This document shows positions 1 to 13,799 of a stretch of 64,000 nucleotides of DNA, piece after piece. Every line of letters starts with the position of its first letter. The stretch's first letter is position 1. Both the position numbers and the translations under genes were made by a program. This stretch comes from Octopus sinensis (Eukaryota), in the NCBI RefSeq assembly GCF_006345805.1, contig NC_043007.1, positions 50,406,001 through 50,470,000 on the forward strand, in the 5' to 3' direction. The notes below the pieces were generated by a model. It was not told the origin of the DNA. It did not search any database and saw only the letters and a list, made by a program, of their open reading frames with translations.

Positions 1-369
1 TGAGTAATTATATATATATATATATATATATAACTTAATCTCATTCGTCTATTTATATATGTATATAAATTCTTGATATATTTATGTATTTATAGACCTT
101 TAATATGTTTTAATATTTTAATGTTTGATATACTTGTATATTTAAAAACTGATATACATCGATCCAAGGTGCAATATATGATTATATAAATTGTTGAGTC
201 TATTTGAACTCTCCTTAAGATTTTTTATATCTTGCGTCTCCAGGTTTTATCTGAGCACTTCAAAGTACTGCCCATACAATACAGAAAGAAATTTTACTAT
301 ATACATATACATGCGCGCGCGTAGTGTGTGTGCGTGTGTGTGTGTGCGTGGGTGTGTGTGCATGTGTGC

Positions 370-403
<34 letters not shown>

Positions 404-1059
404 TTGTATATATATATATATATATACCTATTCATGTATGTGTGTATATATATACACATGTATGTATATGTAAATACTTATATTTCTGTGTGCGTATATA
501 TACACAAGCGTGCATGCATGTACAAACACGCACACACACGCCTGTACAACACCCACCCACCCACATACACACATATATATATGAACAAGTATACACAGAA
601 ACATTCATATACCTTTGACGTGACTAACGGAATAAATAAGAAAATGAAGTCAAGCAAAACGCACACACACATAAACAACACTAGTGTTCCATTAATGGAA
701 TCCACTAGCGGTTTCTGTTGTTCATTATTGCCTTTTCTTTTGTACATCTTTGAACACAAACAAGCAATTAGGAGTCGAAATGTGTTTTGCATGTGGGTAT
801 TCTCTTAACAGTCTAGTATTTGTGTGTAATGAGGGCGTAGTTGAACAATAATAGCCAGGTACGTAACAGTTCATACACAACGATTTCTATAGAAACAATT
901 ACAAACATACTTTTACTAAGCAAGGAGAATCTATTCAATATGCACATTTGTGTATATTTATATTTCTGTATATCTATGCATCTGAATCTTTCACCTTATT
1001 AGTTTGGGAGGCTACAAAGACGAAACATGAGTGAGTAATCAAAATATTCACACACACAT

Positions 1060-1148
<89 letters not shown>

Positions 1149-1559
1149 TGTGTGTTGTGTGTGTGTGTGTGTGTATAAGACAGTCAGTCGCCCGCTGACA
1201 CTCGTTGATGCTACATTGAAGAGGCCAGGGAACAGAAGAAAGAAGACATGCACCCAACACCAGAGCTGAAGACACCTCCGAAAGTAGGGTGCCCCGCCAA
1301 GTCAAAACGGTAGAGGAGTAGGAGCCGAAACCGGGCGTGGTTCCTCCTGTTGATGTCTTGAGCTAACTGGATTCTATAAAAGAGCTGTTGTGGTAGCAGA
1401 CCATGAAACACGGTTGAAATTCCTCATACATAGGTAAATTGTCACCATTTTATATTTCTAATTTCGCGTATGCGCATTATTTAGTTCTGATTTTGTCGAC
1501 TACATATTATAGGAGGGTCCGCTGGAGACCGTCTGTGAGAAAAACAGCACAATGTTGCA

Positions 1560-2065
1560 ATTCACTCTGCCAGAAATTTGGAAACGACACGCTGTACTAC
1601 TTTGCATTCGCACCGGAAGCTCCGATGTGAATATTTCAGAATGTTGGTGTCAGTCTGAGGAAAGTGCAGTCTGAGGACATGTACCAAAAGTAATAAAAAT
1701 CAACCACCCAGCCAACGTCATGGTGTTTGTAGTGATCACCAGTGACAGCGACATTATACCTTCATTCATCTCCCAAACATTCAACACGGAAGCCTACATC
1801 AAGTACCTGGAGAAAATAGGACTACCTTAGGTCAAGACAGTGGCTGCTGGAAGGCCCTATGTTTGGCAACAAGACTCTGCACAATACCACACAAGCAGGA
1901 GAACCAACAAAACTCCTTGTAACAAGAAAGATGAACTTAAGGCAAGGATTATGCCCGCATTCACCAACTTAAACAAAGTGACCGTCCAGAAGAGTTGCAG
2001 GAGATTTCGTAGTCACCCGGAGGCCGTAGTTGAAGCCAATGGCGATTTTATTGAATACATTTCCT
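1560..2065 (+). mobile_element. Tc1/mariner-superfamily transposase relic with internal deletions
   Basis: N-terminal-like PEIWKRHAVLLCIRTGSS at ~1571, then PANVMVFVVITSD, AAGRPYVWQQDSAQYHTSRRT and CRRFRSHPEAVVEANGDFIE; the SPDLNPLD region is missing. TIRs not found. Confidence 0.75.
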
Positions 2066-2178
2066 CTTTAGTATTTCAAAATATTTTGGCAAACGTTAAA
2101 ATGAGATGCTAGTGTTATTTTCATTTTTGCGCAATTTACACGACAATACATTCACCACACCCTGTTTGTGTTTGTGTT

Positions 2179-2237
<59 letters not shown>

Positions 2238-2856
2238 CCATGCGTGTATGTGTATGTACGCATGTATGTATATATATATATATCAGCGGGCTGTGTTTGT
2301 GTGTGTATGTATTGTATATATGTATATGCCATGCACGAAACTGTCGGCACTTGAAACACTTAAGTCATTTTGGAGGTAATAAATATATGTGAATAAAAAC
2401 AAATATTTAGAACTTAAATTTATTTAGATGTTTAAAATTACAACAAATATACAAACTACTGCTGTTAACCATCGAATTATGTTTGACTTCTTTCGTTTAG
2501 TGTACTTTGAAAACTTCGTCGGGTATAATACAGTTATGTATGTATACACATATGTACTAGAATATAAGCACTCATACACATATAAATGAAGACATTACAT
2601 AAAATGTAAAATAAAATATGGTTTTCTGTCGACATCGACAGTGATAAGGTAGAAGTTCGGTTACCTGTAAATACCTAGGTAACGCATGGGAGGTATGTTT
2701 TTGCGTGTCGAATAAAGATATTTAAATGTGAGAAAGTAGATGCATAAAGCAAATAGGAGATGAGGGGAAAAGAGATGATTAGGTGCCGTGCACAGATTGT
2801 TGTTCCAAAAGCATAATGAGCACTGGTGTGATATAGATGTATATATGAGTGTATAT

Positions 2857-2955
<99 letters not shown>

Positions 2956-3559
2956 GTATGTGTGTATGCATGTATGTATGTATGTATGCATGTATGTATG
3001 TATGTTAAGTACAATGGGTGTATGTGTTAGTGAGTGTAAAAACACATGAAGTACAAGAGTGACCATGTATGAAAACCCAGTAAGGAAACGGGGATTTGAT
3101 ATAAAATAATTATTGTGATGTTCACTGTATAGTTAGTTGAGAATGTATACAGGCTGGTGGATATAGTCAAAGCAAATCTCCCAAAGGCAAAGAGATGATA
3201 GGGAAGGGTAAAGGTGGCGTGGTAGTGTAGCGCTGGAAATCCGTAGATAAAGGCAAACCATTTGAATGGTTCCTGTGTTACTTTTAAAACATGTACTGTA
3301 TCGACCGGTTCTGGGATGAATTTCCTTTGGTGGAGGCATGAAGAAATCAGCTCCAACTTAGAATTTAACAAATGAAGAAGTTGTGTAGTGATACTGAATT
3401 TTGTTGGATACGCAATGGATGCACTTGTGGACGCTGATACAGGTATAATGTATATATGTATTGAGTACATCAGCCTTTAAAATTATTTTCGGAGATACAG
3501 CTATAGCGTTTTGTATTATTGCATATTAACGCAGCTTACAATAATAGAGGGCAAGTACT

Positions 3560-3915
3560 TCTGTTAAACTAATTGCGTTGAGGTAGAGAACTATCTGTAT
3601 AGCGGAGGAAATTTAGTTCTTGTTAATCAAAGCTATTGAAAGGCAAAATTATCCATAATTATCCATATCAAAAATTTGATAGAATCTAGTTGAGAAGACA
3701 TTACTAAAAAATTTAGAAAGGATGGCGAAATATTTGACCTGACATTGAAGCAAAAAAAGTGCATTATAACATAATTTTCCTTCATTAGCAGTTCTATGTG
3801 ATGGTATGAACTCGATGCTATCGGAGACACCGCTTCTGTTTAAAGCCTCTATGTAAAATACGACGTTACAATTAAACTTTTCTATAAATGGGTAGCGATC
3901 ACTGCTTCGCACATT
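3560..3915 (-). pseudogene. Possible decayed Penelope-like GIY-YIG endonuclease fragment
   Basis: Minus-strand segments (RSSDRYPFIEKFNCNVVFYIEA, KLCYN, LSKF, LINK) loosely follow the order of PLE C-terminal motifs; heavily degenerate. Confidence 0.3.
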
Positions 3916-4354
3916 TTTTTGGTTTTTGTTTTAGTGGGAGGGAAAATATAAGAATTAGTTTGTTTTTCCTTTTTGTTTTTGCATCCCTTGTTCTAACCAA
4001 GTCAAAAAATTAAACAACCCATTATTTCTGTATCTTGTACCTTATCAGTATGGCGTAATAAAACGGCATACGCATACAAATGTATATGCATACATATAGA
4101 AATACATACAAACACACAAATATATATTCATACATACATACACACAAACACACACACATATATATATACATCCATACATACGTACATACATACATATATA
4201 TATATATGCATATTATAATTATGCACATCTATTTGTATATATATATCTACAAATGTGTGTATATGAGTGTATGTATAAACACACAACAGTCAATCATGTA
4301 ATATGAATACATATCAGTATTGATTGTTAATTTAAATTTATTTCATGATATCTT

Positions 4355-4570
4355 CTAGCTTTAATTGTTTCAGTCATTAGACTGCGGCCATGCTGGAGCA
4401 CCACTGTGAAAAATTTTAATCGTACAAATAGACCCAGTACATAGTTTTTAAGTCTGATACTTAATCTATTGGTCTCTTGCTAAATCGTTAAGTTACGGGG
4501 AAATAAACTCACCAACACCGGTTGTCAAGCGGTGGTGGTGTTGGTAGTTGAAAGACACACACGTTAAGAA
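4355..4570 (-). mobile_element. SINE family A, 3' half
   Basis: ttgtttcagtcattagactgcggccatgctggagcacc...ggttgtcaagcggtggtgg is the reverse complement of the 3' half of the copy at 38394-38898. Confidence 0.7.
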
Positions 4571-5197
4571 GGTCAAGGCGAGACACAACTTCATTGAAAC
4601 ATTCCTTCCCGCAAAAGGCAAATTAAATAAAATTTGAGATTTTTTGCGGAGGGGTAAAAATGGTAACAAAAACAGGACAGTAAAGACAGTACAAAATATA
4701 AACTGTAAAAAGGCAGGACAAGGAGAACAACAGGAACACAGACATTGAGGGCTGTTAAACCAAACGAGAGAAATTATTATGAAGGCTTTTTGAGAACGGC
4801 GAGGGAGAGACACAAGAAAGCCGTCTACACTCGAAGGAAGCGAGGTCAGAAAGACAGTAGTTTTCTCATCACTGGTCAGCGACGAGACAGAAGAGGAGGA
4901 GTAAGAGAAGGGGAGAGAAAAAAGGGAATGGTTGTAGAGAAAACCAGAAAGAATGAAGAATGATAGAGAGAGAGAGAGGGAGAGACAGCAAGGTAGAAGT
5001 AAAGGAAACCAGAAAGAATGAAGGCTGAGAAAGGGAGGGGGACAGAAAGGTTAAGAGTGCGCATCATTATTAATATTAAGAACAAACTTACGTGCGTTCC
5101 GTCATATATAGGGAGATAGATAGAGAGAGAGATAGAAGGATAGATAGGTAGATAGAGAGATAAATATATAAATGATGGAGAAAATGATTTTATCGTC

Positions 5198-5252
<55 letters not shown>

Positions 5253-5342
5253 CATACATATATATACATATATATATATATAAAACATTATTGGTGAATT
5301 GAAGAAATGGAGCTGAACGCAGATTGAACAGAAATCGTTTTA

Positions 5343-5431
5343 TTTCATTCTACACGTGTTTCGAAAGGCACAAATTACCAAAATCCGATTGAATAATGGG
5401 ACCATATTGTGTCTTTCTCTTCAGGAAGAAA
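5343..5431 (-). ncRNA. Type I hammerhead ribozyme, left arm
   Basis: Reverse complement of 6437-6525: CUGAAGA core at 5424-5418, long stem II, GAAAC-ACGU-GUA cleavage site. Confidence 0.85.
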
Positions 5432-6436
5432 AAAGGAAATCCGTTGGAAAAACAAAAACAGAACAGAGGCAGAGCAAAAAACAGATCGAACTGTGCTCCT
5501 AAGAGCCCATGGCGAAACTGTTTATCAGTGTATGTTGAGAACCGGTGGCTGAAGAATTCAACAGGTCAGGCATCGGTCAATCATGTGGGTGAGGGTGTAT
5601 AGATGTTCTTTGTGACCGAGAATAAAGTTCTGACTATTTAAAGAATATTGGATGTTTTATAAGGGGCGAGAAAAAATCTACTTAGAGACGTGTGTGTGTG
5701 TATACTGTTCTATATATGTGTGTGTTGGCGTAGGGGTAGAAAACATTTTTTGTGTACGTGTGTGCGTTTGATCGTTCGGCTGTCAGTGGCTACTGCCGTG
5801 ATAACCGTTTAAATAGCCTTTAAATAGCGTTTATAAATAAGACCGGCACCCTTAGCCCTTGGTAACAAATTCTGAAATAGATTTTAAGATATCTACAATT
5901 AACCACTGCAAGGGAAATTACTCCTGAAAGACAAACGGGGCTTGTTTTTTCACAGCGGGGGGTTTCCTTGTCAAGGCAGGCTCAGATGAACACACACACA
6001 CACACATAAAACATAATATATATATATAATTTCTTTATTTTTTTTCTTTCTGCCACCCAACGGTTATCACGGCAGTAGCCACTGACAGCCGAACGATCAA
6101 ACGCACACACGTACACAAAAAATGTTTTCTACCCCTACGCCAACACACACATATATAGAACAGTATACACACACACACGTCTCTAAGTAGATTTTTTGTC
6201 GCCCCTTATAAAACATCCAATATTCTTTAAATAGTCAGAACTTTATTCTCGGTCACAAAGAACATCTATACACCCTCACCCACATGATTGACCGATGCCT
6301 GACCTGTTGAATTCTTCAGCCACCGGTTCTCAACATACACTGATAAACAGTTTCGCCATGGGCTCTTAGGAGCACAGTTCGATCTGTTTTTTGCTCTGCC
6401 TCTGTTCTGTTTTTGTTTTTCCAACGGATTTCCTTT

Positions 6437-6525
6437 TTTCTTCCTGAAGAGAAAGACACAATATGGTCCCATTATTCAATCGGATTTTGGTAATTTGTGC
6501 CTTTCGAAACACGTGTAGAATGAAA
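6437..6525 (+). ncRNA. Type I hammerhead ribozyme, right arm
   Basis: Stem I TTTCTTC 6437-6443 / GAA(T)GAAA 6518-6525; core CTGAAGA 6444-6450; stem II GAAAGACACAA 6451-6461 / TTGTGCCTTTC 6495-6505 (10 of 11 paired); GAAA 6506-6509; palindromic ACACGTGT stem III; GUA site 6515-6517. Confidence 0.85.
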
Positions 6526-6736
6526 TAAAACGATTTCTGTTCAATCTGCGTTCAGCTCCATTTCTTCAATTCACCAATAATGTTTTAATTTCAATTATCC
6601 GCACCAACGCACGGTTGCAACGCCAGATGGTTGTACCTCCAACCGTGCTGTTCACTGCTGTGATTTTTGCTACTAAGGTATCGGTTAAACTTTTGATTAA
6701 TCTACTACAAGATTATTCATCTTTCTATTTCACATA

Positions 6737-6804
<68 letters not shown>

Positions 6805-6806
<2 letters not shown>

Positions 6807-7830
6807 GTAATGGTATCTGCGTGTGTGTTTGAGGTTACTCTTCTCCCACACCGTCCAACCGATTTTAATGATTTTTGGCACATACCTCGATCACATGCCC
6901 TGAAGTTCAAATAAGGTTACAATTTTTCGAAAACTCGATAATGTTCTGTTGGCATCGATTTTTATGAGCTCAATCGGGCGCTTGAATGAAAATTCCCATA
7001 ATGATGTTATTTTTCTTGCCACTTTTGCATCTTTTGTCCGATTTTGATGAAAATCGATGAGTGGATGAGGCTCATGGCATTGAATTAATGTCAGTAAATG
7101 GCATTGACAAAAAAACGATAATTGCGCGTGGTTTTATAAAACCAATAGGCTTTTTGCGTGCAAATACCTACAGGGATTTTATTTTTGCCGTAACTTTTAT
7201 ATCTTTTATCCGATTTCAATGAAATTTGCGATGTAGATAAATTTTGTGTTGGGAGAGACGGTAAAGGTGTTTAATTCAAAAGGGCTTGAAATGGTGAAAA
7301 TGCAAATAAGCATTTCTTTCGAGACATTCTTATCGATTTTGTAGAAATTTTACACGTGATTACAGTTCATGTCTATTATTTGATGCCAACATGAAGGGTT
7401 GACAAAAAATCGATAATTGTGCGTTAGCGGGGAATTTTAAGAAATCAATAGGCTTCTGATATGTAATTACTCATAGGATTAATATTTTGTACTGTAACTT
7501 TTACAGAATTCATCCGATTTTGATGAAATTTGACATTTAGGTCAAGTTTATGGTCGGAGTCATGTAGTAGAATTAAAATGAAACTGGTGAAAGGCAGAAA
7601 TCGTCAAAATTTAATCACAATAAAATAATGAACTGATTTTGAAAAAATTAATCCATGAATAAAATTAAGCCCTTCGACATATGAAACATCGATTATTCAT
7701 ATAATGTATTAGAATTTAAAAAGTCAATGGGATATTTTCATGTAAATGGTCACATGGATTCTATTTTATGATATAACCTTAACGCTTTTCTCCGGATTTT
7801 GCTGAGATTGGACACGCTGATCAATTTTGT
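6805..7830 (+). repeat. Degenerate ~290-300 bp tandem units of Helentron/DINE-like type
   Basis: Recurrent ccgattttgatgaaatttg motif (~6858, 7048, 7208, 7514, 7793); tgacaaaaaa.cgataattg.gcg at ~7106 and ~7400; starts right after a (TA)n tract. Confidence 0.45.
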
Positions 7831-9980
7831 ACAGAAAGTGGCATTAAGGGGAGAGAAATAAACAGACACTACTCTCAACGGGTCGAGGTACACCCAAAAG
7901 TTTGACTGCGATTTCAGACGGTTCAGTATGTAGGAGTATGTCGAAAGCGTGAACCAGGTAAAATCCCTACCGAACCAGATATAATATATTAATGGATAAT
8001 AGTTTGCACGGGGAACGTAGAAGATTTCAATCTAAGGTCAGAAGTGGGCTTAACTTCAACATGAGAAAACAGGAGCAACAGCTATAAATTGGTTATTGGG
8101 GTGAAGGAATGCACTAAACATACATTTTCGATTGTGGTGTGGGACCAGGTAAATAATGGTATCTAGACACAAACAGTACTCACAGTTTCTTGTATCTGTG
8201 CGTTGGTGGGAACTGTCTTATAAACTTCCTAATTATACCGGTAACTATCGTCATGTTCTACGGGGAACTAAACCAGATAACCTACCAATTCATGATTATG
8301 ATATGGAATAGGAATAAGTGCCTCTTGTATACCAGCTCCTTGCTAAAGCTGTTTCTTGCTATCCCCTCGTACAATATCCGGCAACACATTTAATGATCTC
8401 ATGAATTTCCTAAACATGGCTGCGAAGAGATCGGTATATATGTATGGTTGCTTGCTTTGGCTTCTTTTGTAGTTTTTACTTGTATTTAAATGCAATTTTG
8501 TGGCTAAAGCGTCTAGGATATTCCTATTACTACTCGAAATCAATCCAGGGCATTGGACTATTACGTGGAGCGTTGTTGAAAGAGAGAGAGAGATCAATGA
8601 ACACGCCTATAACACCAAAGATTCTTTGAAAGCTGGCATAGTTAGAATAATGTCCAGGACCACTTAAGTCGAGCATGTAGATGATTTAGATCATATATAG
8701 GAGCAGTTGTTGGAGCTGAAGGCAGCTTTAACATTATAGAAAAGAAGATTAATTCTTATCCTCATATATAGTAAATGATTGCGTATCCATTAGTCAGTAG
8801 AGTCCCCAACTATGATAGATATGCTTCCTAAGGCAGTTATGACGGAAAGACTTGTTTCGTCATATCTGCCCGCATGAAACTAGAACATAATGGCCAGTTC
8901 CCTTTTAACCAAGTAGGAATCGAAATGGTATAAAAACAACTTTCTAGTGTTCATTACCGTCAATGTCATTAAATCGTTAACGGTAGTAGTCCACAGCTTT
9001 TAGAAAAGTGATTTAGAGATAAATAAAAGCCCACTATAACTGAATCTGTTGTATAAGATGGTACGTTTCTTTTACAATGAAAGCGACAAATGATAGTGGC
9101 TCTTCAGCTCTATTAGACATGCTTTATAATACACCAATTTTAAAGTTGCTTTTATCAAGAATGCTAACTTGTCTTAACTTACTTTCAGAGGGGTTTATTA
9201 ACCTGCATTTAGAGTAGAAGAAATTGGCATTGAGAACCAAAAGAAGAATATAGGATTAGCAATTGGTGAGGTGACCCACGCAGATTTTTTTTTTTTTCAC
9301 TGAGCCTCTCCATGGCCATGCGATCTGCTTGAATTAGATGCCCAATCTACGTAGATTACCACCAAACTGTCTAATAAAAGAAGAACAGATTAGACAATGA
9401 AGTCTTAGTTATTGCTAAGAGATGTGGTGGTCACAACTTGAATGCTTTCGAAAACAGCTCTGCTTAATCAGGTTTTCTCGGAGTTAAGCATTAACAGCAA
9501 TAATAAGAATGCGAAAAAACAAAACAACATTAAAAATATTTAAAACATCTATCTCTCTCCACTTCCACCACAACATCATCAACCACAGCAGCAGCAACAA
9601 CTAAAGAGACAACAACAACAAGCGGAAATCTCTTGTATATACTTTTTACCTAAGCTTTGAAATAAAGATTTTCTTTATATTTTATTTTTAAGTCTTAGCA
9701 GAATTTCCTTTATTTCTTCCGTCAGCCCCTAAAACTGGTTCCACAACCAATAAATGTGGAATGTTTACCAAAAACTAAATAAATAAACATAAACACAGAC
9801 TCCTTCCCTTCCCGCCACCCCTACATTAGTCACACATGTATCGTTGTTGTTGTTTGTTTGCTTTAAGTCTGTTCTTTCCTTCTCTTCTGCTTCACCTAGA
9901 ATCTGTCATCACATAGGAGTACACACACACATAAATACATATTACGTATGTAGGTGTGTACAAACGTATACATACATACA

Positions 9981-10070
<90 letters not shown>

Positions 10071-10149
10071 CGGAGCGTGTGTGTGTGTGTCTGTGTCCGT
10101 GTGTCTGTGTATATACATGTATATCGTACTTGCGGGGAAAATGGCACTG

Positions 10150-10330
10150 TCGATAGAACGTCAACAACATTAATTTCAACATTCGGTTAGCGCCCTATAT
10201 GTCCTGAGTTCAAATACGATTCAAGTCCATTTTTCAACTTTCATCCATCCATTATGATTAAGTGACTATCGATAAAAAACATACTGGTGTCAATGTAATA
10301 AAATATCTCCTAGAAGGTAATATTCCAGCA
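10150..10330 (+). mobile_element. SINE family B, degenerate
   Basis: tcctgagttcaaat...tttcatcc...tactggtgtcaatgtaat resembles 10528-10745. Confidence 0.5.
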
Positions 10331-10527
10331 TGACCACGACTCCAATGTCGAGAATTAGGGAAAGAGAAAATAACAATGGACTATGAATTTATTGGGTACG
10401 GATTTAATGATAAGCCGAACAACTTAGAGCTAGGGCTGCGCTTTCGGGTTTACGTTTACAGCGCTGTAAACGTGAAAACAGAAAGTTCATTGTCACAGTG
10501 TAGTTGTTGTTGTTATTGTTGTTATAA

Positions 10528-10745
10528 AAGTGGTGAGCTGACTGAATAATTAGCACACCGGGCAAAATGCTTAGCGACATTTCGTTGGTCTCTACGTTCT
10601 GAATTCAAATTCCGCTGAGGTCGACTTTGCCTTTCATCCTTTTGGAGTCGATAAAATTAATACCAGTTCAGTACTGGTGTCGATGTAATTGACTATACCC
10701 CACCTCGAATCAGGCCTTGTGCCTAAAGTAAAAAGGATTATTATC
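10528..10745 (+). mobile_element. tRNA-derived SINE family B
   Basis: A-box-like head ggtgagctgactgaataattagc, B-box-like ttctgaattcaaattcc, conserved body gtcgactttgcctttcatcctt..gtcgataaa, (ATT)n tail. Confidence 0.8.
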
Positions 10746-10764
10746 ATTAACATTATTATTGAGT

Positions 10765-11320
10765 GAGAGAGCGGTGCATGCCATCAAAGTGACACTGCGG
10801 TAAAATATACGAAGCCCAGTTTACCCATTATGACTACCTGTCTGATAAGGGTACACCAGGCACATGCATCACAACCATATGTGCGTGACATAGTGATTTC
10901 ATAGCAAGATAAACAGCGCATGACCTTGCAGGTGGGGCCCAGTAAGAATTTTCTTCTGGTCGAGTAGCCCATTCTCCTCAAAAGGTCCCTGAATAAAGAT
11001 TGTTTAAGGATGTTGAACAAACCACCCATGTTTCCAAAGGTGAATAATCCAAACCTCTAAGAATTCCTTTCAACACACCGCTATGGTGCTCTCCCATTAC
11101 TTCTGCTCGTGGTCAGAGTTGCACATATCCTCAGCCACTAAGGGACATGCTCAACTGGTTAAGGTCAAACAACTGACAAGCAAATCTGTGGTATTGAGCA
11201 GAATATTTGCTGTAGCCCATCTTTTATACCAAGACGAAAGAATGTACATGATAATACTTCCAATCATTTAAAATCAGAAGCCATGAGAGCCACTGTCTGG
11301 TACTGCATCAGAGCATTATC
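10765..11320. repeat. Unclassified interspersed repeat
   Basis: High-complexity 550-bp block between a SINE tail and an (ATT)n tract, with no recognisable ORF; recalled as an octopus repeat but only one copy is in this window. Confidence 0.3.
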
Positions 11321-11342
11321 ATCATTATTATTTTAATTTATT

Positions 11343-12110
<768 letters not shown>

Positions 12111-12134
12111 TTTGGTAATTTCTGGTGGGGAGGC

Positions 12135-12135
<1 letters not shown>

Positions 12136-12201
<66 letters not shown>

Positions 12202-12255
12202 CATCATCATCATCATCACCACCACCACCACCACCACCACCACCACCACCAACAC

Positions 12256-12286
<31 letters not shown>

Positions 12287-12490
12287 GTCGTTATCATCAT
12301 CATCGCCGTCATCATCATCGTCATCGTCATCATCGTCATCATCATCATCCTCATCATCATCCTCATCATCATCGTCCTCATCATCATCCTCATCATCATC
12401 CTCATCATCATCATCCTCATCATCATCCTCATCATCATCATCATCATCATCATCATTATTATTATTATTATTATTGTTATTATTATTATT
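12136..12490. repeat. Compound (TAT)n/(CAC)n/(CAT)n microsatellite
   Basis: Directly visible; it generates the poly-Y/H/S/I ORFs in the track. Confidence 0.95.
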
Positions 12491-12494
12491 ATTC

Positions 12495-12600
12495 CACCGA
12501 GGTCGACTTTTCCCTTTCGGGGTCGATAAATTAAGGACCAGTCAAGCTCTGTGATCGATGTGATCGATTGTCACCCTCCCCACAGAAATGCAGGCCTTTT
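12495..12600 (+). mobile_element. SINE family B, 3' half
   Basis: ccgaggtcgacttttccctttcggggtcgataaattaaggaccagt followed by (ATT)n. Confidence 0.7.
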
Positions 12601-12649
12601 TATTATTATTATTATTATTATTATATTATTATTATTATTATTATTATTA

Positions 12650-12686
<37 letters not shown>

Positions 12687-12723
12687 TATTATTATTATTA
12701 TTTATTATTTTATAATCGATTGT

Positions 12724-12990
12724 GGGGCGCATTGCTTAGTGGTTTAGGTGTTGCCCTCAATTCCTAGCCCGGGTGGTGCGGTGTGTTCTAGACCAGTACA
12801 CTTCATCTCGCGTTTGTCTGCGATCACTTTGATACCTGACACGTGGTACACAATGCAACTGTACAGACAACGTCAATTTGATGGAGTGAGTGAACTAATA
12901 CACGGCACAAACATTTGATCAATATAAGCAAATCATTTGCGTAAATTGTCCAGCAGGGAGTGAACGTTCGATGCCACAATTACTAATCCT
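12724..12990 (+). mobile_element. tRNA-headed SINE, degenerate (family C-like)
   Basis: ggggcgcattgcttagtggtttagg head and attcctagcccgg B-box remnant. Confidence 0.4.
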
Positions 12991-13239
12991 CTTCATCGCT
13001 TACACACACTTCCTACACCAACTGCTTCATCGATACTGATCATCAATGTCAATCAGTGATATAGTGTAAACTAATACACCAGTTTATTTTCAGTATTTAT
13101 TCCTTTTTTTTTATAGATTTGTTTATAGCTTTTAGATTTTCATGTCTTTATCATTTATTCATCAGCTCGGCCACACCCCAGCTAGAAAGTTGTGGCAGCA
13201 GCCTTTGACTGCTTCACGCTGTATTTTATGGCAACAACA

Positions 13240-13595
13240 ACAATAAATAGAATGGTTTCAAGTTTTGGCAAAAGGCCAGCATTTTAATGGGGAGGAATTT
13301 TGATACCAACAACACGAGTACTTCACTGGTACTTAATATTATTGACCACGAAAGGATAAAAGGCAATGTTGACCTCGGCGTAAAGCGGGAAGAAATGTCA
13401 CTCAGCATTCTCTCCGGTGTGCTGACGATTCTGCTTGGTCCCCACCCCAATAATAATTCTTTCTCCTATAGGCACAAGGCACGAACTTTTTCCTACTTTT
13501 GTGGTGGCGGGCAGTCAATTACATCGACCCACTCAGTACTTGACTGTTTTTTTCTTTTATTGACCCCGAAAATATGAAAGCAAAGTCGACCTCTT
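13240..13595 (-). mobile_element. Two adjacent SINE family B copies (13240-13440, 13450-13595)
   Basis: Each contains the reverse complement of the gtcgac..ttt.atcc/tt.g.ggtc.ataa body. Confidence 0.65.
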
Positions 13596-13799
13596 GTATT
13601 TTGTCCGACATGCAAACTTTGTTCTAGTTATATTTGCTCATTTTTGCTATTAGCAATGGGTTGGTTTTCTATTTCGCTTTTTTTTTCTTTATTGTTGTTT
13701 TTATTTTATGAACAGCGCCTGACGAGATTCCAAAGCGTCAGCCAATGCGTTCGGTGGAAGTTATGTTTTAACAATTTATAAAGAACTAACACAGGGTAA

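Larger units (their letters stand above)
5281..6587. repeat. Long near-perfect inverted duplication: 529-bp arms, 249-bp spacer
   Basis: Arm 5281-5809 is the reverse complement of 6059-6587; only one mismatch seen by eye (5670 vs 6198). Confidence 0.95.

Noticed and set aside
1190-1430. GC-richer coding-like patch (YIEEAREQKKEDMHPTPELKTPPK)
   Set aside because: In-frame stops and no recognisable family.
2480-2525. CCGACGA-AGTTT...AAAC-GAAA on minus
   Set aside because: Stem II is plausible, but stem III and stem I do not pair.
5396-6472. Identical 68-aa ORFs at 5396-5602(+) and 6266-6472(-)
   Set aside because: They are mirror copies from the palindrome, antisense to the ribozyme, with no recognisable domain.
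7850-9250. High-complexity block possibly from a decayed LINE
   Set aside because: Only a faint NVKAAFSS similarity to an RT motif; no coherent frame.
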